Program-made: the position numbers and the translations under genes
Source of the DNA: Candidatus Heimdallarchaeota archaeon
GTDB lineage: Archaea; Asgardarchaeota; Heimdallarchaeia; Heimdallarchaeales; Kariarchaeaceae
Assembly (NCBI GenBank): GCA_015523565.1
Contig: WAKA01000008.1
Location: 1 to 28,830 of the forward strand
Length of the DNA: 28,830 bases
Direction of reading: 5' to 3'
Shown: one piece after another, positions 1 to 9,375 of the stretch
Layout: each line of letters opens with the position of its first letter
Position numbering within the stretch: the first letter of the stretch is position 1
The notes under the pieces: generated by a model
Database searches by the model: none
What the model was told of the DNA's origin: nothing
What the model saw: the letters and a program-made list of their open reading frames with translations, nothing else

Positions 1-654
1 GAAATCAACCATAACACCCTTCAATTAAAGAAGATTGCAATTTTATCAAAAAATGCAGAAGCCACTGTTTTTCAGGGGTTATATCTCGGATTTCCAGTGA
101 TTATCAAAAAACGTGTTCCAAAGCCCTATAGGCATCCACAATTGGATCTAGAATTACGGAACTCCAGACTTTCCACAGAGGCTAAAATTCTCTATACTGC
201 ACGAAATTTAGGGGTGTCGGTTCCTTATGTATTTTTTGTTGATTATCGCACTTCCTCATTGATAATGGAATTTCTCAAGGGGTGTCAACTGAAAACATTT
301 ATTGAAAGAAAACAATTTAGCAATTCTTATCTTAAACTTTTAGGGAAGGAGATTGCCAAACTCCATGATGGGAATCTTATTCATGGGGATTTAACTACCT
401 CAAATGTAATTGTGAATGAAAATTCTCCTTTTCAGAGCATAACGATTATTGATTTTGGACTTGGACAATTTTCCACTTCCATTGAAGACAAGGCTGTAGA
501 TATCAATGTTTTTTACAAAACTTTACAGAGTACCCACCCATTGGTTTGGGAAGAGGCATGGCAATCTTTTTTGGAAGGGTATATGCATGTTAAAAATTTC
601 AACAATATAATTAAACGCTTCAAAAAGATTGAAGAACGTACTAGATACCATTAA
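1..654 (+). CDS. bud32: Bud32/PRPK family atypical kinase-ATPase (KEOPS subunit), 5' end outside window
   Basis: Frame 1 is open from base 1 (EINHNTLQLKKIAILSKNAEATVFQGLYLGFPVIIKKR), so the GTG at 97 is not the true start. Motifs: xAEA loop, KKRVPKPYRHPQLD, HGDLTTSN, IDFGLG, EDKAVD, and the C-terminal ERTRY (RGRY-like). Confidence 0.93.
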   Translation, partial: EINHNTLQLKKIAILSKNAEATVFQGLYLGFPVIIKKRVPKPYRHPQLDLELRNSRLSTEAKILYTARNLGVSVPYVFFVDYRTSSLIMEFLKGCQLKTFIERKQFSNSYLKLLGKEIAKLHDGNLIHGDLTTSNVIVNENSPFQSITIIDFGLGQFSTSIEDKAVDINVFYKTLQSTHPLVWEEAWQSFLEGYMHVKNFNNIIKRFKKIEERTRYH

Positions 655-664
655 TGGGTAATTG

Positions 665-1201
665 TCAATGGATTGTCAATAAAATCTTGACAACAAAAAT
701 GTTCATAATCGGAATCAAAAGGAGTGAAAAAGTCAATCCTATGAAAATTCCAGCTATCACATCTAAAAGATAATGTTGCTTTGAAACCACTCTTTCTATG
801 CATACAAGAACCCCCCATATTCCTATAACTACAAAGGCAATGAAATTCTGTTGAAAAACCATTGCAAATGCAAAAATTGCCCCTATCCTTGCTGAATGCC
901 CTGACGGAAAGGAATATTGATCAAAAATATGTTCTTCCCGTTCCTTTTGTTTTGGTCGTTTTCTTTTGACTTTGAGTTTCAAAACCATTAAGAATCCAGT
1001 CATCAAGGCAATTGAAATCGTAAGTTCTATAAGAACCCAAATTTCCACATTAAGTAAAAAATAGAAATAGAAAAGAATGAATGCAAATGATTTTTGATTT
1101 GCAACAAATTTAAGGTAAGCTAGTGGATGTTCAATTCTTTCCAATTTCTCTGCAATAGTACGGGATGTATGCATATCCCATGAGATTACCCTGTCGATCA
1201 T
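665..1201 (-). CDS. PAP2 (type 2 phosphatidic acid phosphatase) superfamily membrane lipid phosphatase
   Basis: All three PAP2 motifs are present: K-x6-RP (KLKVKRKRP), SFPSGH, and (E)R-x5-H-x3-D (ERVVSKQHYLLD). Several hydrophobic helices. Overlaps the upstream gene by 4 nt. Confidence 0.9.
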   Translation of the reverse strand: MIDRVISWDMHTSRTIAEKLERIEHPLAYLKFVANQKSFAFILFYFYFLLNVEIWVLIELTISIALMTGFLMVLKLKVKRKRPKQKEREEHIFDQYSFPSGHSARIGAIFAFAMVFQQNFIAFVVIGIWGVLVCIERVVSKQHYLLDVIAGIFIGLTFSLLLIPIMNIFVVKILLTIH

Positions 1202-2052
1202 AAACTCAACTTGATTTTCCCTTGGTTCACAAGAGACCTGACAAGATCCAACTGGTTTGGCTTATCCACGTCAAATCCCAAAACAGCATAATCTGAAACT
1301 ACTCCTTTTATCCTCGCATTGATTACCTTTGAGATTATCTTTTCTGCTTCAGGAATACTCACCTTATGCAACATGAATTTGAAAAATGCTAATGGCGAAA
1401 TAAAGAAGGCCTGCTTAATTACGCTTTTTCGATTATTCAGTATTTTTTCAATTATCTCCTTTCTTTCATTCGCCAAGGTATATCTAACCAATTGCAAATC
1501 TCCTCCACAGAATCTTCCCTCTTTCATATGTGCATAAGTTCTTTTGTTGTTTGGGAATTTTTGATTCATGGTTTCCTCCCTAATTATTGAAAAGAAAAAA
1601 TCTGCTTCATCAAGTCTGCATTTATCAATGAAATCATTGATTGCTTCTGGCGTAATGGTCGGGACGTCTCCGCCTATGAAAAGAGCATATTCTGTTTCGA
1701 GTTTTTGGTTCACTAGATATTTTGAAGCCTCAATAATTTTTTCTGCATGCGTTCCATCATTTTCAATAAAATTTATCGGTATTTTCTTGAACTCTTCTGG
1801 AATCTCCAATCTTTCTTCAGGTAGACCTACAATAAGGATTTCCGAAATTCTTCCACTATCCAAGAAGGATTTGATAAGATACAATATCATTGGTTTCCCA
1901 TTGATTTCAATAAGGGCTTTATAATCAATGTTGGCGTACTCCAAAAGCTTATCCTTCTTGAATTTTTTGCTTCCCGGTTTTTCAGTGCCTGCAAGTATCA
2001 CCAGTGGAAATCGTTTGATTTTATCATTCATGGCTTCTTCCTTCAAAATCAT
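1198..2052 (-). CDS. MobA/CobY-like nucleotidyltransferase (NTP_transf_3 type), substrate unknown; start may be the ATG at 2031
   Basis: N-terminal VILAG...YKALIEINGKPM nucleotide-binding signature, GDVP, and C-terminal DVDKP. Confidence 0.78.
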   Translation of the reverse strand: MILKEEAMNDKIKRFPLVILAGTEKPGSKKFKKDKLLEYANIDYKALIEINGKPMILYLIKSFLDSGRISEILIVGLPEERLEIPEEFKKIPINFIENDGTHAEKIIEASKYLVNQKLETEYALFIGGDVPTITPEAINDFIDKCRLDEADFFFSIIREETMNQKFPNNKRTYAHMKEGRFCGGDLQLVRYTLANERKEIIEKILNNRKSVIKQAFFISPLAFFKFMLHKVSIPEAEKIISKVINARIKGVVSDYAVLGFDVDKPNQLDLVRSLVNQGKIKLSL

Positions 2053-2117
2053 ATTGAAATGGGACTTTATTATTTCTTTTGTTCAATACTGTTTTTGCCA
2101 TTATGTGGCTGATTCTC

Positions 2118-3494
2118 CTAAAAATTCCAGTTAAGTTTCTCATTTCTTAATTTTCTCCATTTTTCCAATTCATTGGGGTTTTCAGGATATTGTGAATAAA
2201 TTTGTTTGACTACATCTATGCTTTTAATCATGCGTTGTAAGCTGAGAATTGAACCCCATTTTGGAAAAACCCTAAATACCCTTTTTAGTTGTTCAAACAC
2301 TGAAAGCTTAATTTTTTGACCTCTTACTAGTTTATCAAGATCCTCATTTGTGAAAAACTGTTTTCTAATTAAATACTCCAACCCATTACTTCCAATGTTT
2401 TCAAGGAATTGCCTGATTAAAAGACCTATCGCGTGTTTTTCTCCCAAATGATTCATGATCTGTCTATTGTATTGCCATAAGGAATTATCAGAGTAATCCC
2501 CCTTACTCAACGCATAATCACAAGCCAGTGCGCAGTAATACCCACTTTCTAAAGCAGGACCGTGCCCTTCCGCAGTTGTAGGATGAACCAAACATGCGGC
2601 ATCCCCGACCAAAGCTCCACCATTGAAAACCAACGTATCAAATGGCGGTCGAATGGGAATTTGTCCACCCCCCGATTTTAATACACGATACATGTCTTGG
2701 GAATAGTATTTTTTCATTTCCTTTAGAAATGCCTCTTTCAACGGTGGCATGTTCTTTTCACTTTTTAGCCATCCAATACCGATATTTAGTTGGTTATCTC
2801 CTTTTGAGAAAATCCAAAAATACCCTGGAATAGGAATTGATTTTTCGTAGAGGAGAACAATTTCATTCTTCCATTGATGGTATTTTACGCCCTCATTTAA
2901 TTCAATTATTTCTCGATATGTTGGCCAAACCATGTCTGGACTGATTTCTTTTGAAATAATCCCGTTATAACGCATACTTTCAGGGAGTTTTTTTCTGATG
3001 ACTGCATATGAGCCTGAAGCATCTATTGTTAAATGTGCCTTAAGTGACTTTTTCTCATTCCCTTGATAAAAAACCACACCACATAGCTGATTGTTTTCTA
3101 CAATTATGTCCCTTACTGGTGCCTGAGGAATTATGGTGACCCCTTCTTTCTCACATAGGTCCAATAGTCTCTTGGCATATTCCAACCTATCAACAACGTA
3201 ACCTGGTGCAGTTAATGTTGCTTTATTGTCAATGTTGTTGGCTGCAATGCTCATATATCTAATAATATCAGAAACTTCCTTGCCATGAGGCTCATCTATC
3301 CCTAAGTTTTCCTTGAGTAGGTCAACAGTTTGTTTGTCCAATGCATCCCCGCATGTCTTGTCTCCAATTCTATCTCTTTTCTTTTTGTCAAGCAATGCAA
3401 CAGAATGTCCTTTTCTAGCTAATGTAAAAGCACATATGCTACCTGCCGGTCCTCCTCCAACTACTATCGCATCATAGTCTACTTCTCGGCTCAT
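2118..3494 (-). CDS. Geranylgeranyl reductase family FAD-dependent oxidoreductase (digeranylgeranylglycerophospholipid reductase-like)
   Basis: VVGGGPAGS dinucleotide fold, KTCGDA, IDASG, PGYFWIF (YxWxF), and LVGDAA..VHP...EG. Confidence 0.88.
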   Translation of the reverse strand: MSREVDYDAIVVGGGPAGSICAFTLARKGHSVALLDKKKRDRIGDKTCGDALDKQTVDLLKENLGIDEPHGKEVSDIIRYMSIAANNIDNKATLTAPGYVVDRLEYAKRLLDLCEKEGVTIIPQAPVRDIIVENNQLCGVVFYQGNEKKSLKAHLTIDASGSYAVIRKKLPESMRYNGIISKEISPDMVWPTYREIIELNEGVKYHQWKNEIVLLYEKSIPIPGYFWIFSKGDNQLNIGIGWLKSEKNMPPLKEAFLKEMKKYYSQDMYRVLKSGGGQIPIRPPFDTLVFNGGALVGDAACLVHPTTAEGHGPALESGYYCALACDYALSKGDYSDNSLWQYNRQIMNHLGEKHAIGLLIRQFLENIGSNGLEYLIRKQFFTNEDLDKLVRGQKIKLSVFEQLKRVFRVFPKWGSILSLQRMIKSIDVVKQIYSQYPENPNELEKWRKLRNEKLNWNF

Positions 3495-3519
3495 CTGTAT
3501 TCCCTAAAACAAAAGGCTG

Positions 3520-3525
3520 TTTATA
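3520..3525 (-). promoter_or_regulatory. Candidate TATA box (TATAAA) for the GGR gene
   Basis: TATAAA on the minus strand, 26-31 nt upstream of the ATG at 3494 and directly after the tiaS stop. Confidence 0.45.
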
Positions 3526-4872
3526 TCAGTTGAGGTTTGAATTGTCGTCAAAACGAACCCTAATTTGATTTTTATCCATTTTTTCAAAAGAGAACCTATA
3601 ATTTCTTCCCATTCTTTCATATGGCTTTGTTAAATGCCTTTGGGCAGAAGGTACTGGCAATATCCGAAATTTCACTGGAAAATCATCCCTAATTTTTTCA
3701 ACCATCTCTGGATGATGATTTCTTGTTCCGCACAATTTGCATTTGTAACCCTTAAATTTTCCTGCACTTGTCATTCTTTTGGAACAGTTTGGACACAAAG
3801 GCGGTCTATTAGTTATCTGCTTTGACGTTTCTACTATAATCATTTCTTCAACAGCAATCGATTTTCCGAAAATAGTGTCTTTTACCCCTCCACTTATTTG
3901 ACATATATCACCTGGCATTAAATGTTGTGCAATTTTTGCAAGTGTCTTTGTTGGTTCAAAAAACATCAAGTGCACAATTGCAGATGAATAAAGACTTCTT
4001 GCAATAATTTTTGTGTGTCCTCCCTTAATTGTCATAGGGGGCGAAATTAATTTGACTAAGGCTGAAAAAACATGATAGGGTTTCAATGTAAACCTTCCTT
4101 TTCTCAAATGATCTCCTGTTCCTTGATTTGTCTTAAAAATCGTATAGCTATCTAGTGGTTCCTTGATTTTAAGTGAATGAAAAAACTTAATGAGAGTATA
4201 GGGGTCTTCCCCTCTTATTCCGCAAAAAACTGGATCTGGTCCAGAAGGAGCAATTAACTCCCTTCCTTCGACGAAATCAAAACTGGAAAATGTTGTATCC
4301 TTGAATTTTTTGACGGTTTCGATTAAATTTTGAACGGAAATAACTCTTTTTGTCCCATAATTCTCTTTTTTTCTGTATGCTAACAGTTCAAAAGTGTAAT
4401 CCTCATTTAATTCCGCAATAATTGCGCTAGTAGCGCCAACTAATCCTCTTGTTTCATTTTTGTACCATATCTTTGCATTTTTGAGTATGGATGTAAATAT
4501 CTTTGGACTTAAAACTTCTGTCAATGCCTTTTCATAGAAACTTCTCTTATGACTTATATTTTCATCCTCTATTAGTACTACACTTGGTTCACTGTCACCT
4601 GTTGCGATTCTTGCACTGTCATGTGAAACAATGTCAATTATGGTTTGAAACAATTCCTCCATATCCGTTTGTGTTGAGAAATGAATTGAAAGTCCACCAT
4701 TGCCTCTTGTTTTGAATGGGATATTTGGGTTGAACCTTATTAATTTTGGAAAATCCAACAAACAAAAATCAGGATCACTTTTTTTCAATTCATCAATTAC
4801 TGTGGAAAGTGTATATGTTGTACATCCCCCTGAATTCCCATCCGTATCATCAATTCCAAGATAAAGGTTCAT
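3526..4872 (-). CDS. tiaS: tRNA(Ile2) 2-agmatinylcytidine synthetase
   Basis: GIDDTD..GGCTTY, RFNPNIPFKTRGNG, TFELLAYR, GPDPVFCGIRGE, FKTNQGT..HL, OB-fold GGH/FEPT, Zn ribbon CPNC...CKLC, and RHLTKP. Confidence 0.96.
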   Translation of the reverse strand: MNLYLGIDDTDGNSGGCTTYTLSTVIDELKKSDPDFCLLDFPKLIRFNPNIPFKTRGNGGLSIHFSTQTDMEELFQTIIDIVSHDSARIATGDSEPSVVLIEDENISHKRSFYEKALTEVLSPKIFTSILKNAKIWYKNETRGLVGATSAIIAELNEDYTFELLAYRKKENYGTKRVISVQNLIETVKKFKDTTFSSFDFVEGRELIAPSGPDPVFCGIRGEDPYTLIKFFHSLKIKEPLDSYTIFKTNQGTGDHLRKGRFTLKPYHVFSALVKLISPPMTIKGGHTKIIARSLYSSAIVHLMFFEPTKTLAKIAQHLMPGDICQISGGVKDTIFGKSIAVEEMIIVETSKQITNRPPLCPNCSKRMTSAGKFKGYKCKLCGTRNHHPEMVEKIRDDFPVKFRILPVPSAQRHLTKPYERMGRNYRFSFEKMDKNQIRVRFDDNSNLN

Positions 4873-4967
4873 TCTAATTTTTTAGGATTCCAACTCCTTT
4901 AAATTTCTTGGATTCTTTATATGAAATTAGTAATCAAGAAATTTCAGTTGTAGGCGAAGATTAAAAA
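4873..4967. promoter_or_regulatory. Divergent promoter region between tiaS and the DUF4129-MoxR operon
   Basis: Minus strand: AAGAAA-TTTAAAG (BRE/TATA-like) about 25-37 nt upstream of the tiaS ATG. Plus strand: TTTATATG at 4916-4923. Confidence 0.4.
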
Positions 4968-5891
4968 TTGTCCAAACGAAGCAAAAAATATTCAATGTCT
5001 GTCGTTCTTTCAGAAATAGATCGTATCAAAATTGTGAAGGTTCTTTTGTTTATTCTTGCAGTCTTACTTGTCATTTCAAGATTGCAAAGAAATGGATTTA
5101 TTCTACTTCCAATTGTGAGTAATACTTACCAAGTTTTGATCCCCTTTTCACTTGTATTTTATTTTGTTTTACTTTCTTCCTTGCGTATGATGGGTGTGAA
5201 ATTGGATCGATTTGATGCTGTTTTCCTTCCTATTCTCCTTACTCTTGTTGTTGTCCTTGTGATTGGCTTTTATCGACCTGAAGATTTATTCAATGACCAA
5301 AGTCTGCCGTTGAACACATCAAGACCAGACGAAAAAAATTTAGAAAAGGTATCTACTGTAACAAAAGTTTCTGGCGCAATAGGAGGTAATCTTACAACAG
5401 TAACCCAAACCATTACTGTGACCGAGGCAGCTCCTTCTTGGTTGATAGGTTTCAGTAAGATTATTAATTTCGTAGTTGGATTGTTTATTTTGATTTTCGT
5501 TTTATTACTTCTTTTCTATGCCTTTCTTGCCACAAAGGAGCAAGCTGTCGAGCTAATTGAAGAAGATCTTTACAATACTCCTGTCAACAAGTTCCAACAG
5601 GATATCATTGATATCTATCGCAAAACATGTTACAGGATTGAGGGAAATCTGGGTAAAGTTCCAATTTGGTATACTCCTTCTAGGTTTTTATGGGATTTTG
5701 TTAAAGAGCTCGGATCTCCTGCATCTGACTATTTTAAAATCTTAACTGATTTATATGAACTGGCTCGTTTTTCGTCACACGAGTTGAATGATCGACATGT
5801 AGATGAGGCTTTAGAGGCAAGCAACCAAGTTATCTTTTATCTAAACTCACAGGTAGAAGATCAAATTGAAGAACATGAGGTGGAAACATAA
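4968..5891 (+). CDS. DUF4129-domain membrane protein (start probably the ATG at 4995)
   Basis: Four TM segments. The C-terminal IIDIY...YTPSRF...LTDLYELARFS pattern is typical of DUF4129, and it is the first gene of a MoxR/DUF58 cluster. Confidence 0.72.
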   Translation: MSKRSKKYSMSVVLSEIDRIKIVKVLLFILAVLLVISRLQRNGFILLPIVSNTYQVLIPFSLVFYFVLLSSLRMMGVKLDRFDAVFLPILLTLVVVLVIGFYRPEDLFNDQSLPLNTSRPDEKNLEKVSTVTKVSGAIGGNLTTVTQTITVTEAAPSWLIGFSKIINFVVGLFILIFVLLLLFYAFLATKEQAVELIEEDLYNTPVNKFQQDIIDIYRKTCYRIEGNLGKVPIWYTPSRFLWDFVKELGSPASDYFKILTDLYELARFSSHELNDRHVDEALEASNQVIFYLNSQVEDQIEEHEVET

Positions 5892-6409
5892 TGGCGGCAG
5901 AAGACCTTTTGATATTTTTGAAACTTTTTTTCAATGCTGCTTGGCTATGGCTGGTTGTATTGTCTTTATTGACTCTACAACTTTTCAACTATTTCAAAGC
6001 AAGGATGAATAAGCCTTGGGAACCTTATGATCAGTTGTTAAGCTCAGGCAGACATCCACGGATGAAGGCATATGAGGAATTAAGGTTTTTAAAAGAAAAT
6101 TTGGACAGTTCCACTGATGAAGGAAAAGTCATGATCGTGAGAACTGAACTTTCAAAAATACTTGCAGAACGTATCGGTGTAAATGATAGGGAATTTTTGG
6201 CAATAAGAAATGATCCTGAAAAGTTAAAACAATATTTCCCTGACAAAAACATCAGGCTATTCTTGAACCAACCCAAACTATGGTACAATTCTCATATGCG
6301 AAAACAGGGATTCTTCTCCCGAATTAGTCATCAAAGTAACATTGATGGTGCTCTCATTGATATAATTAAAAAAGTGAGTTTGTTCTATCCAATGGAGGCA
6401 AAATCATGA
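5891..6409 (+). CDS. Hypothetical single-pass membrane protein of the MoxR operon
   Basis: N-terminal hydrophobic helix. Translationally coupled to both neighbours (TAATG and ATGA overlaps). Confidence 0.7.
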   Translation: MAAEDLLIFLKLFFNAAWLWLVVLSLLTLQLFNYFKARMNKPWEPYDQLLSSGRHPRMKAYEELRFLKENLDSSTDEGKVMIVRTELSKILAERIGVNDREFLAIRNDPEKLKQYFPDKNIRLFLNQPKLWYNSHMRKQGFFSRISHQSNIDGALIDIIKKVSLFYPMEAKS

Positions 6410-7356
6410 AATTTGAAACAGCAACAGAAAAAATCAATACAATAATAAATGAAGTGAAAAAAGCCATTGTTGGCAAAGATGAAGTCCTAAAATATGTCCT
6501 TTCAGGTATACTCGCAAATGGGCATATCTTGTTTGAAGACCTACCAGGGTTGGGAAAAACTCTGATGATACGGACTTTTTCGCAGGCGATGGGATTAAAC
6601 TTCTCACGAATTCAATTTACCCCTGATCTTCTTCCAGCAGATATCAGTGGAGTTTCCGTTTTCAATATGAGTTCCAATCAATTTGAATTTCGGGAAGGTC
6701 CTGTATTCACAAATTTATTGCTTGCCGATGAAATCAACCGTGCCACTCCAAAAACTCAATCCGCACTTCTTGAAGCTATGCAAGAACGCACTGTCACTGT
6801 TGATGGCAATTCTTACAAACTTGATTCTCCTTTTATTGTGTTGGCCACCCAAAACCCCATAGAATATGAAGGTACATTTACACTTCCAGAGGCACAGTTG
6901 GATCGTTTCCTGATGAAATTAAATGTTGGCTATCCATCTAAAAAAGATGAGATCCAAATTGTCAAAAACCGTGTTGAAAGGAAAAAAGAAGAATTTGATA
7001 TCGACACTGTTGTCTCAAAACAAGATATCCTTGATCTACAATTTCTTGTTGAAAATATTCATGTTAGTGATCCGATTGTTGAATATGTTGTCTCAATCGT
7101 GGAAAAAACAAGAAATCATAGTCAAATCGCAGTTGGTGCAAGTCCAAGAGGGAGTCTCGGTCTAATTCAAGCGGCAAAAGCTTGGGCACTAATTCAGGGA
7201 CGGGATTTCGTCAATCCCCAAGACATTCAGGATGTTTTAATTCCCGTTCTTGGACACCGTGTTATCCTAAGGTCTGGAGATATTATCAGTGGAGTCACTT
7301 CGGAGACAATCCTTACTGAAATATATCATCGTATTCCAGCGCCTAGAATTCAATGA
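6406..7356 (+). CDS. moxR: MoxR family AAA+ ATPase
   Basis: GHILFEDLPGLGKT (Walker A), RIQFTPDLLPAD, LLADEINRA (Walker B), ATQNPIEYEGT..LPEAQLDRF, and GASPR. Confidence 0.96.
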   Translation: MKFETATEKINTIINEVKKAIVGKDEVLKYVLSGILANGHILFEDLPGLGKTLMIRTFSQAMGLNFSRIQFTPDLLPADISGVSVFNMSSNQFEFREGPVFTNLLLADEINRATPKTQSALLEAMQERTVTVDGNSYKLDSPFIVLATQNPIEYEGTFTLPEAQLDRFLMKLNVGYPSKKDEIQIVKNRVERKKEEFDIDTVVSKQDILDLQFLVENIHVSDPIVEYVVSIVEKTRNHSQIAVGASPRGSLGLIQAAKAWALIQGRDFVNPQDIQDVLIPVLGHRVILRSGDIISGVTSETILTEIYHRIPAPRIQ

Positions 7357-7365
7357 GGGTTTTGA

Positions 7366-8649
7366 ATGAAATTTTCATATGCGCTTGTTCCCGTCAGCGG
7401 TCTCATAACCTTTTCGGTGGTCTTGACAATTTTGACTGCGCAACCGTTTTGGTTGTATGGTGCACTTCTCATTGGTGGAGTTGTCTTCTTCAAACTTTCA
7501 CATAACCAAACTTTGGCAGAATTGTATGTTGAACGGGATGTTCCTCGAAAATATTATCATAACGAGAACAAAATTTGGGTAACTTTACGGCTGACAAACA
7601 AGGGTCCTGGCAAGTTCAGAGGTAACATTTTCGATAAAATTCCAAAATCCGCTCAGATTATGGATGGAACAAATAATTTTCTTACTTTTCTTAATGAAGG
7701 GGAAACCCAAGTGGTCAAATACTCATTCAGTTTATCATCTCTAGGCTCATTCAAAATTGGTCCCACTCGTATTTATCAACACACATTTTCAGAATCAATA
7801 GACAGGGTGGAAGAGCTTGCCAATTACTCTGAAATAGTGATTCTTCCTGTACCTGCTAAAATAGGTAAATCACCTTTCATCGCCAAATATTTGAAGTCAT
7901 TTGGAGGTCCTTTTACAACCAAATTAGTTGGCGATGGCTGGGATTTCTCAGGAATTAGGGAATATGTCCCTACAGATACAATGAAACGAATCAATTGGAA
8001 AGCTACTTCAAAATTTCATAAGCTACATTCAAACGAATTCCAAATCGACCAGTCTGCAAAAATTATCATTGCCATTGATATCACGCAAGGAAATGAAACA
8101 TTATTGGAAGAGACAAGCAAAACCGTTATGGGTTTACTTGATTTTTTCATTAACAATCAGTGCAAGACTGGCTTGCTGGTAATTGGAAATATTTCTGCAT
8201 ATTTCCCGCCTACATCAAACCGTAAAAAACTGTTCCAAATCAGTCATTATCTTGCTCATTCAAGACCCTCAAAAATTAAGGATTTTCATCTTTTCAAATT
8301 ACGCCTTAATGCAGTCTTGGAAAAAGTCGGATCCATGAATGAGGTTCTCTTGTTTTCTCCCCTTTCGGACAAAACTCTGAATGAGCCAATCTTAAGCACT
8401 CTTTCATTAATGGGTCGCCTAACTGTCTTCACTCCCTCTTATGAAGAATTAAAGCCTAAAGAGGGAGAGAACATAAATTTGAAAATAGCAAAGCTTTTGG
8501 TCAATATGAAACGGGAATCCATTGAAAATCTAGTAAAGAAACAAGGAATCACAATCATTAAATGGAATCCCCTTATTGGACTTGAACGATCCTTATCATC
8601 AAGAGACCGTAACATTAGAATTATGGAGAGATTACCATGGGTGAAATAA
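7366..8649 (+). CDS. DUF58 family protein (MoxR partner with VWA-like domain)
   Basis: N-terminal TM pair and Ig-like region, then G.DF.GIREY.P.D..KRINWKAT, followed by IIIAIDIT. Confidence 0.88.
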   Translation: MKFSYALVPVSGLITFSVVLTILTAQPFWLYGALLIGGVVFFKLSHNQTLAELYVERDVPRKYYHNENKIWVTLRLTNKGPGKFRGNIFDKIPKSAQIMDGTNNFLTFLNEGETQVVKYSFSLSSLGSFKIGPTRIYQHTFSESIDRVEELANYSEIVILPVPAKIGKSPFIAKYLKSFGGPFTTKLVGDGWDFSGIREYVPTDTMKRINWKATSKFHKLHSNEFQIDQSAKIIIAIDITQGNETLLEETSKTVMGLLDFFINNQCKTGLLVIGNISAYFPPTSNRKKLFQISHYLAHSRPSKIKDFHLFKLRLNAVLEKVGSMNEVLLFSPLSDKTLNEPILSTLSLMGRLTVFTPSYEELKPKEGENINLKIAKLLVNMKRESIENLVKKQGITIIKWNPLIGLERSLSSRDRNIRIMERLPWVK

Positions 8650-9311
8650 CCGCTTTCCAGAAATCACGGCTCAGCATGGATTTGATCCAACAGACAAGAG
8701 TTTTCTATACTCTCGCTCGTATGGTAAAAATTTTCCTTTTGATTATTATTTACTTCTCAAATATTCAAAATGCTATTTTCTTTTTGTTTGCGTTTGATGC
8801 TTCGAAAAAATTTTATGGAGGTCCCATTGTTCTCTTTAGCATCTTTTACATTATTATTGGTCTTATAGGTTTTGCATCCTCCATATTTGGCAATGAATTT
8901 TTCCGCGACCCTTTTTTCCATCGTCTTTATTTCTTCAGCATTATTGTCGGTTTTTTTGCTGGAATTGTTTATTCATCTTATTCGCTTTTCAGTTATTTGT
9001 TGATGTTCAACGGGCTTATTTTATTGAATGAGCTAGAATCTATCCAACGAAAAATTTTCTTCAGTAGAACAAGAGACTTTGAAAAAGACAATATCTCGGA
9101 CATTGAAGCTTATTATATTGAAGGCATTGAAAAGTACTTGAAAGATAGATGGTATTGGTTATTAGAGGTATCAATATTTTTAGTGATTATTGATGGCATT
9201 ATTTTGGCAATTAATGCATTTGTCGTTGTTGTCCCCTCAATCATTATTTCTTTTATTTTGATTACCGTTTTGCTGATTTTCTTTTATATTCTCTTAAAAT
9301 TACCCCGATAA
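8637..9311 (+). CDS. Hypothetical polytopic membrane protein
   Basis: About six hydrophobic segments. Overlaps the 3' end of DUF58, so it is probably the last gene of that operon. Confidence 0.7.
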   Translation: MGEITAFQKSRLSMDLIQQTRVFYTLARMVKIFLLIIIYFSNIQNAIFFLFAFDASKKFYGGPIVLFSIFYIIIGLIGFASSIFGNEFFRDPFFHRLYFFSIIVGFFAGIVYSSYSLFSYLLMFNGLILLNELESIQRKIFFSRTRDFEKDNISDIEAYYIEGIEKYLKDRWYWLLEVSIFLVIIDGIILAINAFVVVVPSIIISFILITVLLIFFYILLKLPR

Positions 9312-9375
9312 AAAATTGAATAACAACAGAAACATAGGGATGTATTAATAAAAGTGTATTTTCCTGAAGAAATTA

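Noticed and set aside
661-693. ATTGTCAAT direct repeat and TTGTCAA/TTGACAA inverted repeat at the bud32/PAP2 junction
   Set aside because: Short, AT-rich and mostly within coding sequence, so compatible with chance.
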